A stretch of 63,107 nt of DNA, the filler included, from Octopus bimaculoides (taxonomy: Eukaryota), in the NCBI RefSeq assembly GCF_001194135.2. It is 10 parts of 10 records of this genome, joined end to end, with 100 filler letters (N's around TTAATTAATTAA, not from the genome) between each part and the next. Parts side by side here need not be neighbours in the genome. Positions count along the whole stretch, not along the records: positions 33,730 to 50,541 come from NC_069003.1; positions 50,642 to 52,487 come from NC_069000.1; 8 more parts are not named here. One strand, given 5' to 3'. The number at the start of each line of letters is the position of its first letter. Position 1 is the first letter of the stretch. Below the pieces are notes generated by a model, which saw nothing but the letters and a program-made list of their open reading frames with translations, was not told the origin of the DNA and made no database searches. Positions 39,999-51,049 of this stretch are shown here, piece by piece. The translations under genes and the position numbers were made by a program.

Positions 39999-40348
39999 AG
40001 TATTTGGACCAAGAAATTTTTCAAAATGTCGTTAAACCACCCTTAGATATTCCTTACAAAAGATGTATGCGTATGCATGGCTGTGTGGTTAAGAAGCTCA
40101 CTTTGGAACCATGTGGTTTTGGGTTCAGTTCCACTGTGCAGCACCATGTGTTCTTGCTATAGCTCCAGGTTGATCCATGTCTTGTGAGTAAATTTGGTGG
40201 ATGGAAACTGTGTGGAAGCTTATTGTGTGTATATGTGCATGTATGTAACACATGAATGTTCCGAGACGCCTCACCGGAGCCAAGAAACAAAAGAAAAATA
40301 GTGTAATATCAAGAACGCACGCACACACACAAAGAGAAATGGTTGTTT

Positions 40349-40512
40349 CACTGCAAAATTTAAATCTCATTTCAATGTCGATATTTTCGTTGCTTTGAAA
40401 CCGAGACTTGTTCACCGACAAAAAAGATGCAGTACGAGTTTTCGTCAGGAGTCTGCCATGGTTTCAAAGAACGAAAATATTTAGACACAAACGAAATTGA
40501 AATCTTGCAGTG
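40349..40512. mobile_element. MITE-like hairpin with about 54-bp imperfect TIRs starting CACTG
   Basis: CACTGCAAAATTT...TTCGTTGCTTTGAAACC versus GGTTTCAAAGAACGAA...AAATCTTGCAGTG; no TSD identified. Confidence 0.6.
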
Positions 40513-41539
40513 AAAGTAACGGCTTTTGTTGTTCTGGAATTGTTTACAAACATCTTACACGCTGCAAATTCTCTTAAATATTCAACCTTACCCCTGACCC
40601 TATTTATAAAACTTGACACTCTTTTCCTGATATTAAAATAAATTCTCTTTAACATGCCTTTAAATTGTTGNNNNNNNNNNNNNNNNNNNNNNNNNNNNNN
40701 NNNNNNNNNNNNNNNNNNNNNNNNNNNNNNNNNNNNNNNNNNNNNNNNNNNNNNNNNNNNNNNNNNNNNNNNNNNNNNNNNNNNNNNNNNNNNNNNNNNN
40801 NNNNNNNNNNNNNNNNNNNNNNNNNNNNNNNNNNNNNNNNNNNNNNNNNNNNNNNNNNNNNNNNNNNNNNNNNNNNNNNNNNNNNNNNNNNNNNNNNNNN
40901 NNNNNNNNNNNNNNNNNNNNNNNNNNNNNNNNNNNNNNNNNNNNNNNNNNNNNNNNNNNNNNNNNNNNNNNNNNNNNNNNNNNNNNNNNNNNNNNNNNNN
41001 NNNNNNNNNNNNNNNNNNNNNNNNNNNNNNNNNNNNNNNNNNNNNNNNNNNNNNNNNNNNNNNNNNNNNNNNNNNNNNNNNNNNNNNNNNNNNNNNNNNN
41101 NNNNNNNNNNNNNNNNNNNNNNNNNNNNNNNNNNNNNNNNNNNNNNNNNNNNNNNNNNNNNNNNNNNNNNNNNNNNNNNNNNNNNNNNNNNNNNNNNNNN
41201 NNNNNNNNNNNNNNNNNNNNNNNNNNNNNNNNNNNNNNNNNNNNNNNNNNNNNNNNNNNNNNNNNNNNNNNNNTTTCAACCCCCCCCCAAGCAGGCTATT
41301 TACATGCTAGAAATAACAGCCAAATTTCACAAAACTGCGATAACATAAAGCAAGAAATGTGTAATCAATCTACTCACCTTTCTGCAGAGATTTCTTTCAT
41401 AGTAATTTCCCAGAGTAAGTTAAAAAATGTCGCGATGTTGTGTGAAGATTGGCAAATGGTGATCCCAAAAAGTGGCGATAGCGAATAGCAATCATGACAG
41501 GGCACTGGGGATCAAAAGTAAGGTACAAAACCATCAAGA

Positions 41540-41690
41540 AACGTTGATTCAAGACGCATGTCAAAGGTGAGAGAAAGGAGATGCAAAATGCCAAACTGCA
41601 GAGGAAAAAGTTGCCGTACAGTTGAAAAAGTTTCAAGTGTCCTCATTCTTCAGCCGTGAGAAACGGAAAAATGACTTTTGAAACAGTCAA
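41540..41690 (+). mobile_element. Possible piggyBac transposase C-terminal cysteine-rich domain remnant
   Basis: RERRCKMPNCRGKS...EK.QVS..FSRE..N.F across a frameshift. Confidence 0.45.
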
Positions 41691-43099
41691 GAATTCACAA
41701 CAGCAGTATTAAGCAATAAATATGTGGCGAAATTGTAAACTTGAAGCGAACAGCAGATCAAAAGAACCGAACTTGGTACGAGGGTGGATCATGGTAGGAA
41801 GAAAACTTGTCGAAAGTAGCGAAAGGAACTGGAAAATAGCCATACTGTCGTAGTTACAAGAAACTGTATTGCTTAGAAATAAATATTGGCAGGAAAGTAA
41901 CTCAGCAATTACGAGTGTAAGATTTAACTGCCATTTCTAGCAAAAGGTGATGCAAAGGACGTTATCAAAGCTCAGGAGTAGCAGTGAGAGTTGATAGATG
42001 TACGTGAAAATCGTTCACGCACTCCCTATGCTGAAAGACGAAAAAGCAGCTGGAACAAGCTTGAGGGGCTATCTTTCGTAAACAAAAGCATGTGCTTCAG
42101 TTGACAATAATTATAATTAAAATGAAAGATAGCCGGCTTGAGGAGTTTCCTGACCGGAAAATTGTTTCCCAAATAATGATAATATGACATGGAAACCAGA
42201 ATTGACAAATGTTACTAATTTTGCTGTTAAAAAAATATTTAAACCTTTTAACGTAGTGGCATAACGATTGATTGAAAAACGGCGTTACTTTGGTAGCTGG
42301 ACGACTTCTTTATTTTTCCAAACGGTTTTTAGTAGAAAGTGGGTTATACATCTTTAGATTGTATAACTGACTTTCTACTATAAAATTAAAGAAATACAAC
42401 GGAACGCTGAACTCCAGACTAAACAACTTAAACAACATTTATTTACTTGGTAAAACATACAAATCTTTAGTTATACATCTTTAGAGGTGAGTATAATGAG
42501 CTGTCGAGTATAAGACCGAAAGATGTAGAGACAGCTTTAAACACACGTCCTTGCTCAATCGCTGGCCAGCGTGAAAGAGAATGAATTGATCGGGAAACGC
42601 TTGCTTTATTAATTCTACGCATGCGAAGGCGTTACTACAGGTTCTAATGTTGGCTGCATATATTTCACTTCGGTTGGTCACTAGTTTTTTTCTCTCTGGG
42701 GTGCAGCCTCTCGTATTTTCTGGACCACTTCTTTAGTCACGTCCAACAAATCATTGGGATATCTTTTTTTTACACGATTCGTACAGTTTATCAAGAACTT
42801 TTGCCAACCTAATATGGCCTGGCATGTCTTGTACCCACTTATATATGAACACTAGCAGGTGTCCTCCAAAAACTCTAGCCACTTTTTTTTTTTTTTTTCC
42901 ATTGTACTTTATGTATCTCTTTCTATTGGGGTTTGGTTTGGGAGTGGACTGGTGAAATTTTTCTTATGTGCATGCCTGTGTGGTTGTTGTTTTCTTTGTT
43001 ATGAGCAGGGTTAGCAAGCTGTTTTTATTAGTGGAACGTTAGACATTCAAGAAACTTCCAAGAGAAACGTTAAGCTTCTTGAATAATTAAGAATCGAGT

Positions 43100-43260
43100 C
43101 TCATGACACACATGATTGGAGAAACTTAGAAAGGGAGGTTACTCTGGAGAAACTGAGGAAGGGAAGTTACTCTAAAATCTTTCTTGCAAGGAAGTTCATT
43201 CAACTATCTAGCTACTGCTACAAGTCTTTAATTCAAGCCTTTTATTTACAAAAAAAAAAG

Positions 43261-43300
<40 letters not shown>

Positions 43301-44100
43301 CCTCCAATCTATATGAAGCTTGGTATTATGAAGCAGTTTGTTGAAGTTCTGGATAAAGACAGACCGTTTTTTTCACTATTTTTGCAACATATTTCCCAGT
43401 CTCAGCAGCAGAAAGATAAATGCTGGAGTATTTGATGAGCCTCAGATCAGAAAATTTATGAAAGATGAGAAAATGAAACATGAAACTTATTTGTGATAGT
43501 TGTAAATAACTTTCTGGGAAACAAGAAAGCAGCCAGTTATGCTAAAATAGTCGACAACATGCTGGAGAATTTTTAAATGTTGACGGCAAATATGAGCATA
43601 AAGTTGCACTACCCCCAGAGTCACCATGATGAATTCCCTAAAAATCTTGGTGACACAAGTGACAAGCATGGAGAACATTTTCATCAGGACATAAAATCAA
43701 TGGAACAAAGCTATCAAGGCAAATGGGACTTTATACGATGATGGACTATTACTAGAACTCGGCTCATGATTTTCTTGGGGTTCGTCACTCAAGCAAAGTA
43801 TCCAAACAGATATTCATGGGAAATTAGGCATAAAATAATGATATAATTTGCCTATAGAAATTAGAAGATTTTTAATAGTTCTTCAGTAGAATTTTAAGAA
43901 AACATTCTGGTTTTGAAGGAAAATCAATTGCTATGTATGTTTGTATGTTATACTTTATTCCTCATAAGCTGTTTTATTGAAAGAACAATGAAATTCTATG
44001 TATCCAGTATCTTAAAATCTTGACATGATGATATCACGTGGATATCATTTTCAGATTCTGTGTGTCAAAAAACTCCTGTCTCACAACAAAGTTTTTTTTA
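43100..44100 (+). mobile_element. Degraded DNA-transposase remnant with right terminus (CMC/Chapaev-3-like)
   Basis: LPPIYMKLGIMKQFV...GVFDEPQIRKFMKD...NNFLGNKK...NMSIKLHY..SH.DEFPKNLG..SDKHGEHFHQDIKSMEQSYQGKWD, with stop, frameshifts and a poly(A) insert at about 43249-43296. Superfamily name is from memory. Confidence 0.7.
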
Positions 44101-45237
44101 CCTGTCATGAAAAAATTTTTCTTTGTTGATCCTTGTTATATTTCCTTTTTTAAAATAAAACACTATGTTTTCTTTTTGACTCATCATCATAGCATTTTCA
44201 CCAAAATTACTTCGGCTTATTATCAACGTATCACATTCAGTCAGAATATATTGGTCCATAAGGATCTTCCTTACACTATCACACTTATTTTTCACCGCTT
44301 TACGTGGCTGATCCACATGAATTATTTCCCCAGGGCTGTACATGATTTGAGAAGCAAATTCTTTTAAAGCTATCTCCTGTATCTGTTTTGAGTCTGTTGT
44401 CACAAATATTTTGTACTTGCTGGTGTTGTTGTATTTACTTAAGAAGTTCCAGACAATCTGAACATCTGATATTGACAGCTTCCGTTCATCATATGTCATT
44501 GCAGGGTTCCGTCCAATTCGAATCTGAGCACACACCAGATGTATATTTGGCTCGGGGATAATGACTTCAAAGAATTTGTCAAACCTCTCTTGAACATGAT
44601 TACTGAAGCGAAACAATAAATTCATTATTTTACCAAATACGTTTCCGTATGGCATTTGTGATGCCCAAAGAAGTTGTTTTTTATAGCGAGGATTCTCTAT
44701 TAAGGCGTGAAAATAGATTACATTTGTTGTCACATAGAGGACATTTTGAGGGTGACTTCTTTCTAAGTCTGCTGATTGTAAAGAGGAAGCGTACCTTTTG
44801 TTGCCAATCAAACGGAGGTGATGGCTTTTTAGGCCCTGCAACTCTTTTGGGCCAATTGTCCAGTTAATTTTGTTTGGTTGAAGATAATTAGCAAAATTAC
44901 AAGGTTTTGAATTAATGATGCCAAAACGACGACCCATGGCTTGTGCTATTAAATATACAGACACTATTCCATGCTGCCTATCTCCCCAACCTCCACACTC
45001 TAGATTATTAACACAGTAATAAATAATATATTTAGTTTTGTTGTTTAACTGAACCAATTCCTGTTTCTTCTTGCTTACAGTTTTGTTATTTATATGATGC
45101 ACTTCATGATTTGGAAATTCCTTAGAATCATTTATAAACGTTTGGTTGTGTTTGATTAATGTTGTCCCTCTATATTGGTTCCAGGCAAACAGTAGAAAGA
45201 AGCTGCTGACCACAGCAATGAATCCAAAGACTTGAAT
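44098..45237 (-). CDS. Large coding exon of a fucosyltransferase-superfamily (GT-B fold; GT11/GT23/GT37-like) type II membrane glycosyltransferase, copy A
   Basis: Uninterrupted frame behind a polypyrimidine acceptor (ttatcatttctag|ATTCAAG). N-terminal hydrophobic anchor IQVFGFIAVVSSFFLLFAW; motifs CGGWGDRQHGIVS, VCAQIRIG, KIFVTTDS, DQYILTECDTLIISRSNFG resemble the conserved alpha-2/alpha-6/O-fucosyltransferase motifs. Start codon must lie in an upstream exon that I could not find. Confidence 0.75.
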   Translation of the reverse strand: MQVFGFIAVVSSFFLLFAWNQYRGTTLIKHNQTFINDSKEFPNHEVHHINNKTVSKKKQELVQLNNKTKYIIYYCVNNLECGGWGDRQHGIVSVYLIAQAMGRRFGIINSKPCNFANYLQPNKINWTIGPKELQGLKSHHLRLIGNKRYASSLQSADLERSHPQNVLYVTTNVIYFHALIENPRYKKQLLWASQMPYGNVFGKIMNLLFRFSNHVQERFDKFFEVIIPEPNIHLVCAQIRIGRNPAMTYDERKLSISDVQIVWNFLSKYNNTSKYKIFVTTDSKQIQEIALKEFASQIMYSPGEIIHVDQPRKAVKNKCDSVRKILMDQYILTECDTLIISRSNFGENAMMMSQKENIVFYFKKGNITRINKEKFFHDR

Positions 45238-46039
45238 CTAGAAATGATAAAAAAAAAATGAAAGTGAAAAAATGACAACTTAGTAATATAATACCATAAA
45301 CAAATAGGAAATAGTCTTCTATTGCAATTTTTAGTTTTTCAGTTTTTACTAGCTTTATAGGTACAGGCATGGCTGTATGGTTAAGAAGTTTGCTTCCCAA
45401 CCACAAAGTTTCAGGTTCAGTCCCACTGCATGGCACCTAGGGTAAGGGTCTTCAACTATAGCTTGCTTGTCTTCTATTATATTAATACTATGCATGAGTA
45501 TGGGTGTATGCATGTCTATGTCTCCTCGTCTTGACAATGTATGGTTATTGTAAATGAATATCCTTCATTTCCAGTGTTGTGTGAAAATCTGTCTGACCAT
45601 GGGAAGATGCTGAGCTGGCAGAACTGTTAGCATGCCAGACGAAATGCTTAGCGGTATTTAGTCTGTCTTTACACTCTGAGTTCAAATTCTGCCAAGGTTG
45701 ACTTTAACCTTCGTCCTTTCCGGGTCGATAAAATAAGTACCTGTTTGAATACTTATTAATAAGTACAAGGGTTGATGCATCCAAGTCTCCCCTCCCCTCA
45801 AAAACTGCTGGCCTCTACCATAATTTAAAACCAATATGGTTGAATATGGAGAAATACTAACCTGAAAGAGATAATGGTTGGTGACAGGAAGGACATCCTG
45901 GTGGCTGGTGTGCATACGTAACTTCTGGTCTTCTATAAACAATCTTACCCAGAAATGTCCTGGAAGGATAACTTTCTAGGTGCACTCTTATGGTCATTCA
46001 TGACTAAAGTATAACATAGAATTCTTATCTGTAATTTTT

Positions 46040-46832
46040 ATTCTTTAGTTATCCATGAAACGCACAATTGTAATTTCTGATGATTTGAAGGAATTTTGAT
46101 GACCTTGAGGTAGAACCAGTAAGTAGTTCCTTCAAAGGCTGTGGCGGTTCTGGAAGAGGGGGCAAGCTGACCTTACAGTTTAAGCAACACATTCCAGGTG
46201 TCTCCCCAGCCCACTTTTTAGCATTGCAGAATTGGCAATTGAAGCACATTTCCCCTATATTTATGTTAGCGAGGATGGAGTAATTAAAGTTTGGCTCATA
46301 CTTGAAAGCCCGTAGCTTCCAGTAATGGTTGTTGGGACGCGTCACACCGTGGGCAGCTTCTCGCAGTCGACTGTTCCGCTGCAACGTAGAACGTAGCTGG
46401 TGTTGGTCGTGGGAAGGTCTCGCAGCAGTAGCAGAAGGCACATTTGCAATGATAATGGACCACCCATCTGCATCTTTAGAAGCTATGGAAGCAGTCATAG
46501 CCACAGCGTTCCTAGGAAGGCAAGTCGTCCGTTGTTGCAAACATTCGGAAGACCTGGAATGAGCAGTAGCTGCAGCATTTCTAGCCAGTCGAGTGGCCCT
46601 TTGTTCCTGGCCCTCTGTAGCCCTGGAAGCAGCATTGTATGAAGCCATTTTGGCTAAGTGTACGGTGCGCTGTTGGAAACTTTCAGCAGCTCGGCATTGC
46701 GCTGCACATAAGGTGCTCTGTGAAAGTCTAAAAGCAGTTTGGTTGGAGGACTCCTTTGCTCTAATCACCTTTAGAACCAGTGCTGATGCGGTATGGCGAC
46801 TGAGGCGACTTCTCTTTATATATATATATATG
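46040..46832 (-). mobile_element. Helitron 5' portion with Rep N-terminal zinc finger
   Basis: CQFCNAKKWAGETPGMCCLNCKVSLPPLPEPPQPLKELLTG...FLQIIRNYNCAF is the conserved N-terminal region of Helitron Rep/helicase. Confidence 0.85.
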
Positions 46833-46961
46833 TATATAATCATCATCATCGTCGTTTAACGTCCGCTTTCCATGCTAGCATGGGTTGGACGATTTGACTG
46901 AGGACTGGTGAAACCGGATGGCAACACCAGGCTCCAATCTAGAATTTTATATATATATATA

Positions 46962-46995
46962 CTAGCAGAAATACCCGGCTTTGCCCGGGTTAAAG
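46962..46995 (-). mobile_element. Helitron 3' terminus
   Basis: Minus strand CCCGG gcaaag CCGGG hairpin, short spacer, then CTAG|T into an AT tract: canonical Helitron 3' end. Body is in the gap. Confidence 0.75.
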
Positions 46996-47447
46996 NNNNN
47001 NNNNNNNNNNNNNNNNNNNNNNNNNNNNNNNNNNNNNNNNNNNNNNNNNNNNNNNNNNNNNNNNNNNNNNNNNNNNNNNNNNNNNNNNNNNNNNNCAGTC
47101 TCATTTTTATTTAGACATATGATATATTATATTCAGACATTCTGTTATTTGCTGAATACTTTTTTCCCGTTGACATATAACAATCCAGTTTATTCTATTT
47201 AATGGCTGCTGTATATTTTACATATTATAAAAGTAGCTACCTTCTGATGACTGGATGACTCAGTAATTATACACCGTGACACCTCTATGCATTCTTATTT
47301 ACCTTTAGATATCATTTCCTTTTTATTATTGTACAAAACATTAAATTCACTTTTAAAACCCAGTTTTCCATGACATGTTGGCTGAGTTTTCCATTTGACT
47401 ATGCAATATGTTGTACGTACGTGTGAATGTGTCCGTCTGTTTGTGTG

Positions 47448-47483
<36 letters not shown>

Positions 47484-47614
47484 NNNNNNNNNNAGCAGGG
47501 ATATGGTTTGGGAGGCAGAGGTCTCCAGTGCCACAGATTCAACCACAGAGCAGCCATTAAATAGAATAAACTTGATTGTTATATGTCAACAGGAAAAAAA
47601 GTATTCAACAAATA

Positions 47615-48080
47615 ACAAAATGTCTGAATATAGTCTAATATTTTATCTATTAACCGAGGTAGGGAATTAAACATTTGTATTGATCTAGGTTAAAAAGTTT
47701 ATTAGTGTAGGTTTAATGACTAATTGTAAGGCTAGGTGTAATTAGCATATAGGAATTAATTGTATTTAAGGTATCAATGGCATATATGTATTTTTACAAA
47801 TGTCAGAATGTTTGAATAGGGTCTCATTGATTATCTATCACTAAAGTGTAAACAAATTATGGTTAACGATGTAGGGAATCATCCAACTATATTGATCTAG
47901 GTAGTAGAATGTCTGGATATGGTCTAATACATTATCTTTTACTAAGGTAAGGCCAAATTATTGTTAACCAAAGTAGGGAATTAGCTAGCATACAAGAACG
48001 ATTAGAATTAAAGTGCTGGCATTAATGGGTCATAAGTATTCTTATAAATAGTAGAATGTCTGATTGTAGTCTAATTTTAA
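47615..48080. repeat. Degenerate AT-rich tandem repeat between the glycosyltransferase genes
   Basis: AATGTCTGRATATRGTCTAAT-like motif four times and TTAACSRWDGTAGGGAAT three times at irregular spacing. Confidence 0.55.
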
Positions 48081-48780
48081 CAACTACTTTTCCGTGTTTG
48101 CATTGGTTGGATGGAGTTTACTATGGCAGATTTTCTATGACTGGATGCCTTTCCTGTAATCAACCATTATCTGTTAGTATTTCGCCATAGTCAAACATAT
48201 CGGTTTCAAATTATGGCAGAGGGCAGGCCTTTCTGAGGGGAGGGGGAACTTGGATGCATCACCCCAGTACATGACTGGTATTTATTTTATCGCCCCCGAA
48301 AGGATGAATGGTAAAGCCAACCTTGGCAGAATTTGAACTCAGAGTGTAAAGACAGACTAAATACCGCTAAGCATTTCGTCTGGCATGCTAACAGTTCTGC
48401 CAGCTCAGCATCTTCCCATGGTCAGACAGATTTTCACACAACACTGGAAATGAAGGATATTCATTTACAATAACCATACATTGTCAAGACGAGGAGACAT
48501 AGACATGCATACACCCATACTCATGCATAGTATTAATATAATAGAAGACAAGCAAGCTATAGTTGAAGACCCTTACCCTAGGTGCCATGCAGTGGGACTG
48601 AACCTGAAACTTTGTGGTTGGGAAGCAAACTTCTTAACCATACAGCCATGCCTGTACCTATAAAGCTAGTAAAAACTGAAAAACTAAAAATTGCAATAGA
48701 AGACTATTTCCTATTTGTTTATGGTATTATATTACTAAGTTGTCATTTTTTCACTTTCATTTCTTTTTTATCATTTCTAG

Positions 48781-49932
48781 ATTCAAGTCTTTGGATTCAT
48801 TGCTGTGGTCAGCAGCTTCTTTCTACTGTTTGCCTGGAACCAATATAGAGGGACAACATTAATCAAACACAACCAAACGTTTATAAATGATTCTAAGGAA
48901 TTTCCAAATCATGAAGTGCATCATATAAATAACAAAACTGTAAGCAAGAAGAAACAGGAATTGGTTCAGTTAAACAACAAAACTAAATATATTATATATT
49001 ACTGTGTTAATAGTATATTGTGTGGAGGTTGGGGAGATAGGCAGCATGGAATAGTGTCTGTATATTTAATGTCACAAGCCATGGGTCGTCGTTTTGGCAT
49101 CATTAATTCAAAACCTTGTAAATTTACTAATTATCTTCAACCAAACAAAATTAACTGGACAATTGACCCAAAAGAGTTGCAGGGCCTAAAAAGCCATCAC
49201 CTCCGTTTGATTGACAACAAAAGGTACCTTTCCTCTTTACAATCAGCAGACTTAGAAAGAAGTCACCCTGAAGATGTACTCTATGTGTCTACAAATGTAA
49301 TCTATTTTCATGCTTTAATAGAGAACCCTCACTATAAAAAACAACTTCTTTGGGCATCACAAATGTCATACGGAAATTTATTTGCTAAAATGATGAATTT
49401 ATTGTTTCGCTTCAATAATCATATTCAGGAAAAGTTTGACAAATTTTTTAAAGTCAATATCCCCGAGCCAAATATGCATTTGGTGTGTGCTCAGATTCGA
49501 ATTGGACAGAACCCCAGTGTTCCAGGAGATTCCCCAAGGAATTCAATGTCAAATATTCAGATTGTCTGGAACTTGTTAAATAAATACAACACTAGCAAGT
49601 ACAAAATATTTGTGACAACAGACTCAGAAGAGGTACAGGCGATAGCTTCAAATAAATTTGCTTCTCAAATCGCGAACAACTCAGGGGAAATATTTCATGT
49701 GGATCGGATACGTAATGGAGTGAATAAAATATGTGATAATTTAAGTAAGGTTTTCATGGACCAATATATTCTGACTAAATGTGATACGTTGATAGTAAGC
49801 CGAAGTGGTTATGGTGAAAATGCTGTAATAATGAGGCAAAAAGAAAACAACCTGTTTTATTTTAGAAATGGAAATATAACACGAATCAGTAAAGAAAAAC
49901 TTTCTCGTATCTGGAAAAAAACATGGTTGTGA
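48781..49932 (+). CDS. Large coding exon of fucosyltransferase-superfamily glycosyltransferase, copy B (inverted paralog of copy A)
   Basis: Same acceptor (tcatttctag|ATTCAAG at 48780/48781) and motifs as copy A; intact to TGA at 49930-49932; identical N-terminus, diverged catalytic domain. Confidence 0.75.
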   Translation: MQVFGFIAVVSSFFLLFAWNQYRGTTLIKHNQTFINDSKEFPNHEVHHINNKTVSKKKQELVQLNNKTKYIIYYCVNSILCGGWGDRQHGIVSVYLMSQAMGRRFGIINSKPCKFTNYLQPNKINWTIDPKELQGLKSHHLRLIDNKRYLSSLQSADLERSHPEDVLYVSTNVIYFHALIENPHYKKQLLWASQMSYGNLFAKMMNLLFRFNNHIQEKFDKFFKVNIPEPNMHLVCAQIRIGQNPSVPGDSPRNSMSNIQIVWNLLNKYNTSKYKIFVTTDSEEVQAIASNKFASQIANNSGEIFHVDRIRNGVNKICDNLSKVFMDQYILTKCDTLIVSRSGYGENAVIMRQKENNLFYFRNGNITRISKEKLSRIWKKTWL

Positions 49933-50068
49933 AATAGGATTTTTTTTGACACACAGAATCTGAAAATGGCATCCATGTATTATCATCATGTCAAGATTTT
50001 AAGATACTGGATTCATAGAATTTCCTTGTTCTGTCAATAAAACAGCTTATGAAGAATAAGGTATAACA
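49908..50068 (-). mobile_element. Duplicated terminus of the same DNA transposon
   Basis: Reverse complement aligns with about 43950-44100 (TCAGATTCTGTGTGTCAAAA, AAGATTTTAAGATACTGG, AATAAAACAGCTTATG). Confidence 0.75.
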
Positions 50069-50641
50069 TCTCTCGCTCTCTCTCTCTATCTGCCTGTCTG
50101 CCTATCAGTCTGTCTATATATCCATTCATTTGTCTGTCTACCCACCCATCCATAATTCCATTCAGCCAAGACCATCTCTCCGTGTAGCTGTCTATCTATC
50201 TCTGTTACTCTCTCACTCACTCACTTAATCACTCACTCAAACAATCAATCAGTCAATGTTTTGTGCAGGAGCAATTAAGAGTTTATATATTCAAATATAT
50301 ATATCATCATCATCATCATCATCGTCGTTTAACGTCCGCTTTCCATGCTAGCATGGGTTGGACGATTTGACTGAGGACTGGTGAAACCGGATGGCAACAC
50401 CAGGCTCCAGTCTGATTTGGCAGAGTTTCTACAGCTGGATGCCCTTCCTAACGCCAACCACTCAGAGAGTGTAGTGGGTGCTTTTACGTGTCACTCGCAC
50501 GAAAACGGCCACGCTCGAAATGGTGTCTTTTATGTGCCACCNNNNNNNNNNNNNNNNNNNNNNNNNNNNNNNNNNNNNNNNNNNNTTAATTAATTAANNN
50601 NNNNNNNNNNNNNNNNNNNNNNNNNNNNNNNNNNNNNNNNN

Positions 50642-50808
50642 CCTTGCCAGCAGACCACAAGCTTCACAACTTCCCGAATGTTATCATTACACCACACTGT
50701 GCTACAAACACAAATGAGGCAGCAAAAGAAGTGTGCGACACAGCCTTCAAAAACATGGAGCTAGGTCTCCGTGGCGAACCAATGTTGTCTGAAGTGGTAC
50801 TAGACTAG
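50642..50808 (+). CDS. Partial terminal exon of a second 2-hydroxyacid dehydrogenase paralog (5' part lost in gap)
   Basis: Reads LPADHKLHNFPNVIITPHCATNTNEAAKEVCDTAFKNMELGLRGEPMLSEVVLD*, clearly paralogous to 51945-52198; 3' UTRs also align. Under the ORF-track length cutoff. Confidence 0.82.
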
Positions 50809-51049
50809 AAGGAGAGGCATTTTCGTCTGCTAGGAACATCCACATAATGATGGTTTAAAATACTGTAAGGTGGAGAACAACAACAACAACAACAAAGAAG
50901 GCGATGCAAGCAATGACAACATTGATAACAACACCGATAAAAATCTATAACCACCGAACTAAAATCAATAACGATCGTTTTTTTTTTGTTTCTTGAAATG
51001 AAAGGAGGAGAGCCTCAATAAATCTTAGAAAAATAATTGTTTTTCATAA

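Noticed and set aside
43249-43296. Poly(A) tract as a processed-pseudogene tail
   Set aside because: No retrocopy body or target site duplication; it interrupts a decayed transposase.
46885-46915. CTGAGGA-CTGGT-GAAACCGG in the RTE-tail repeat as a hammerhead
   Set aside because: Only 5 nt between the boxes, so stem II cannot form.
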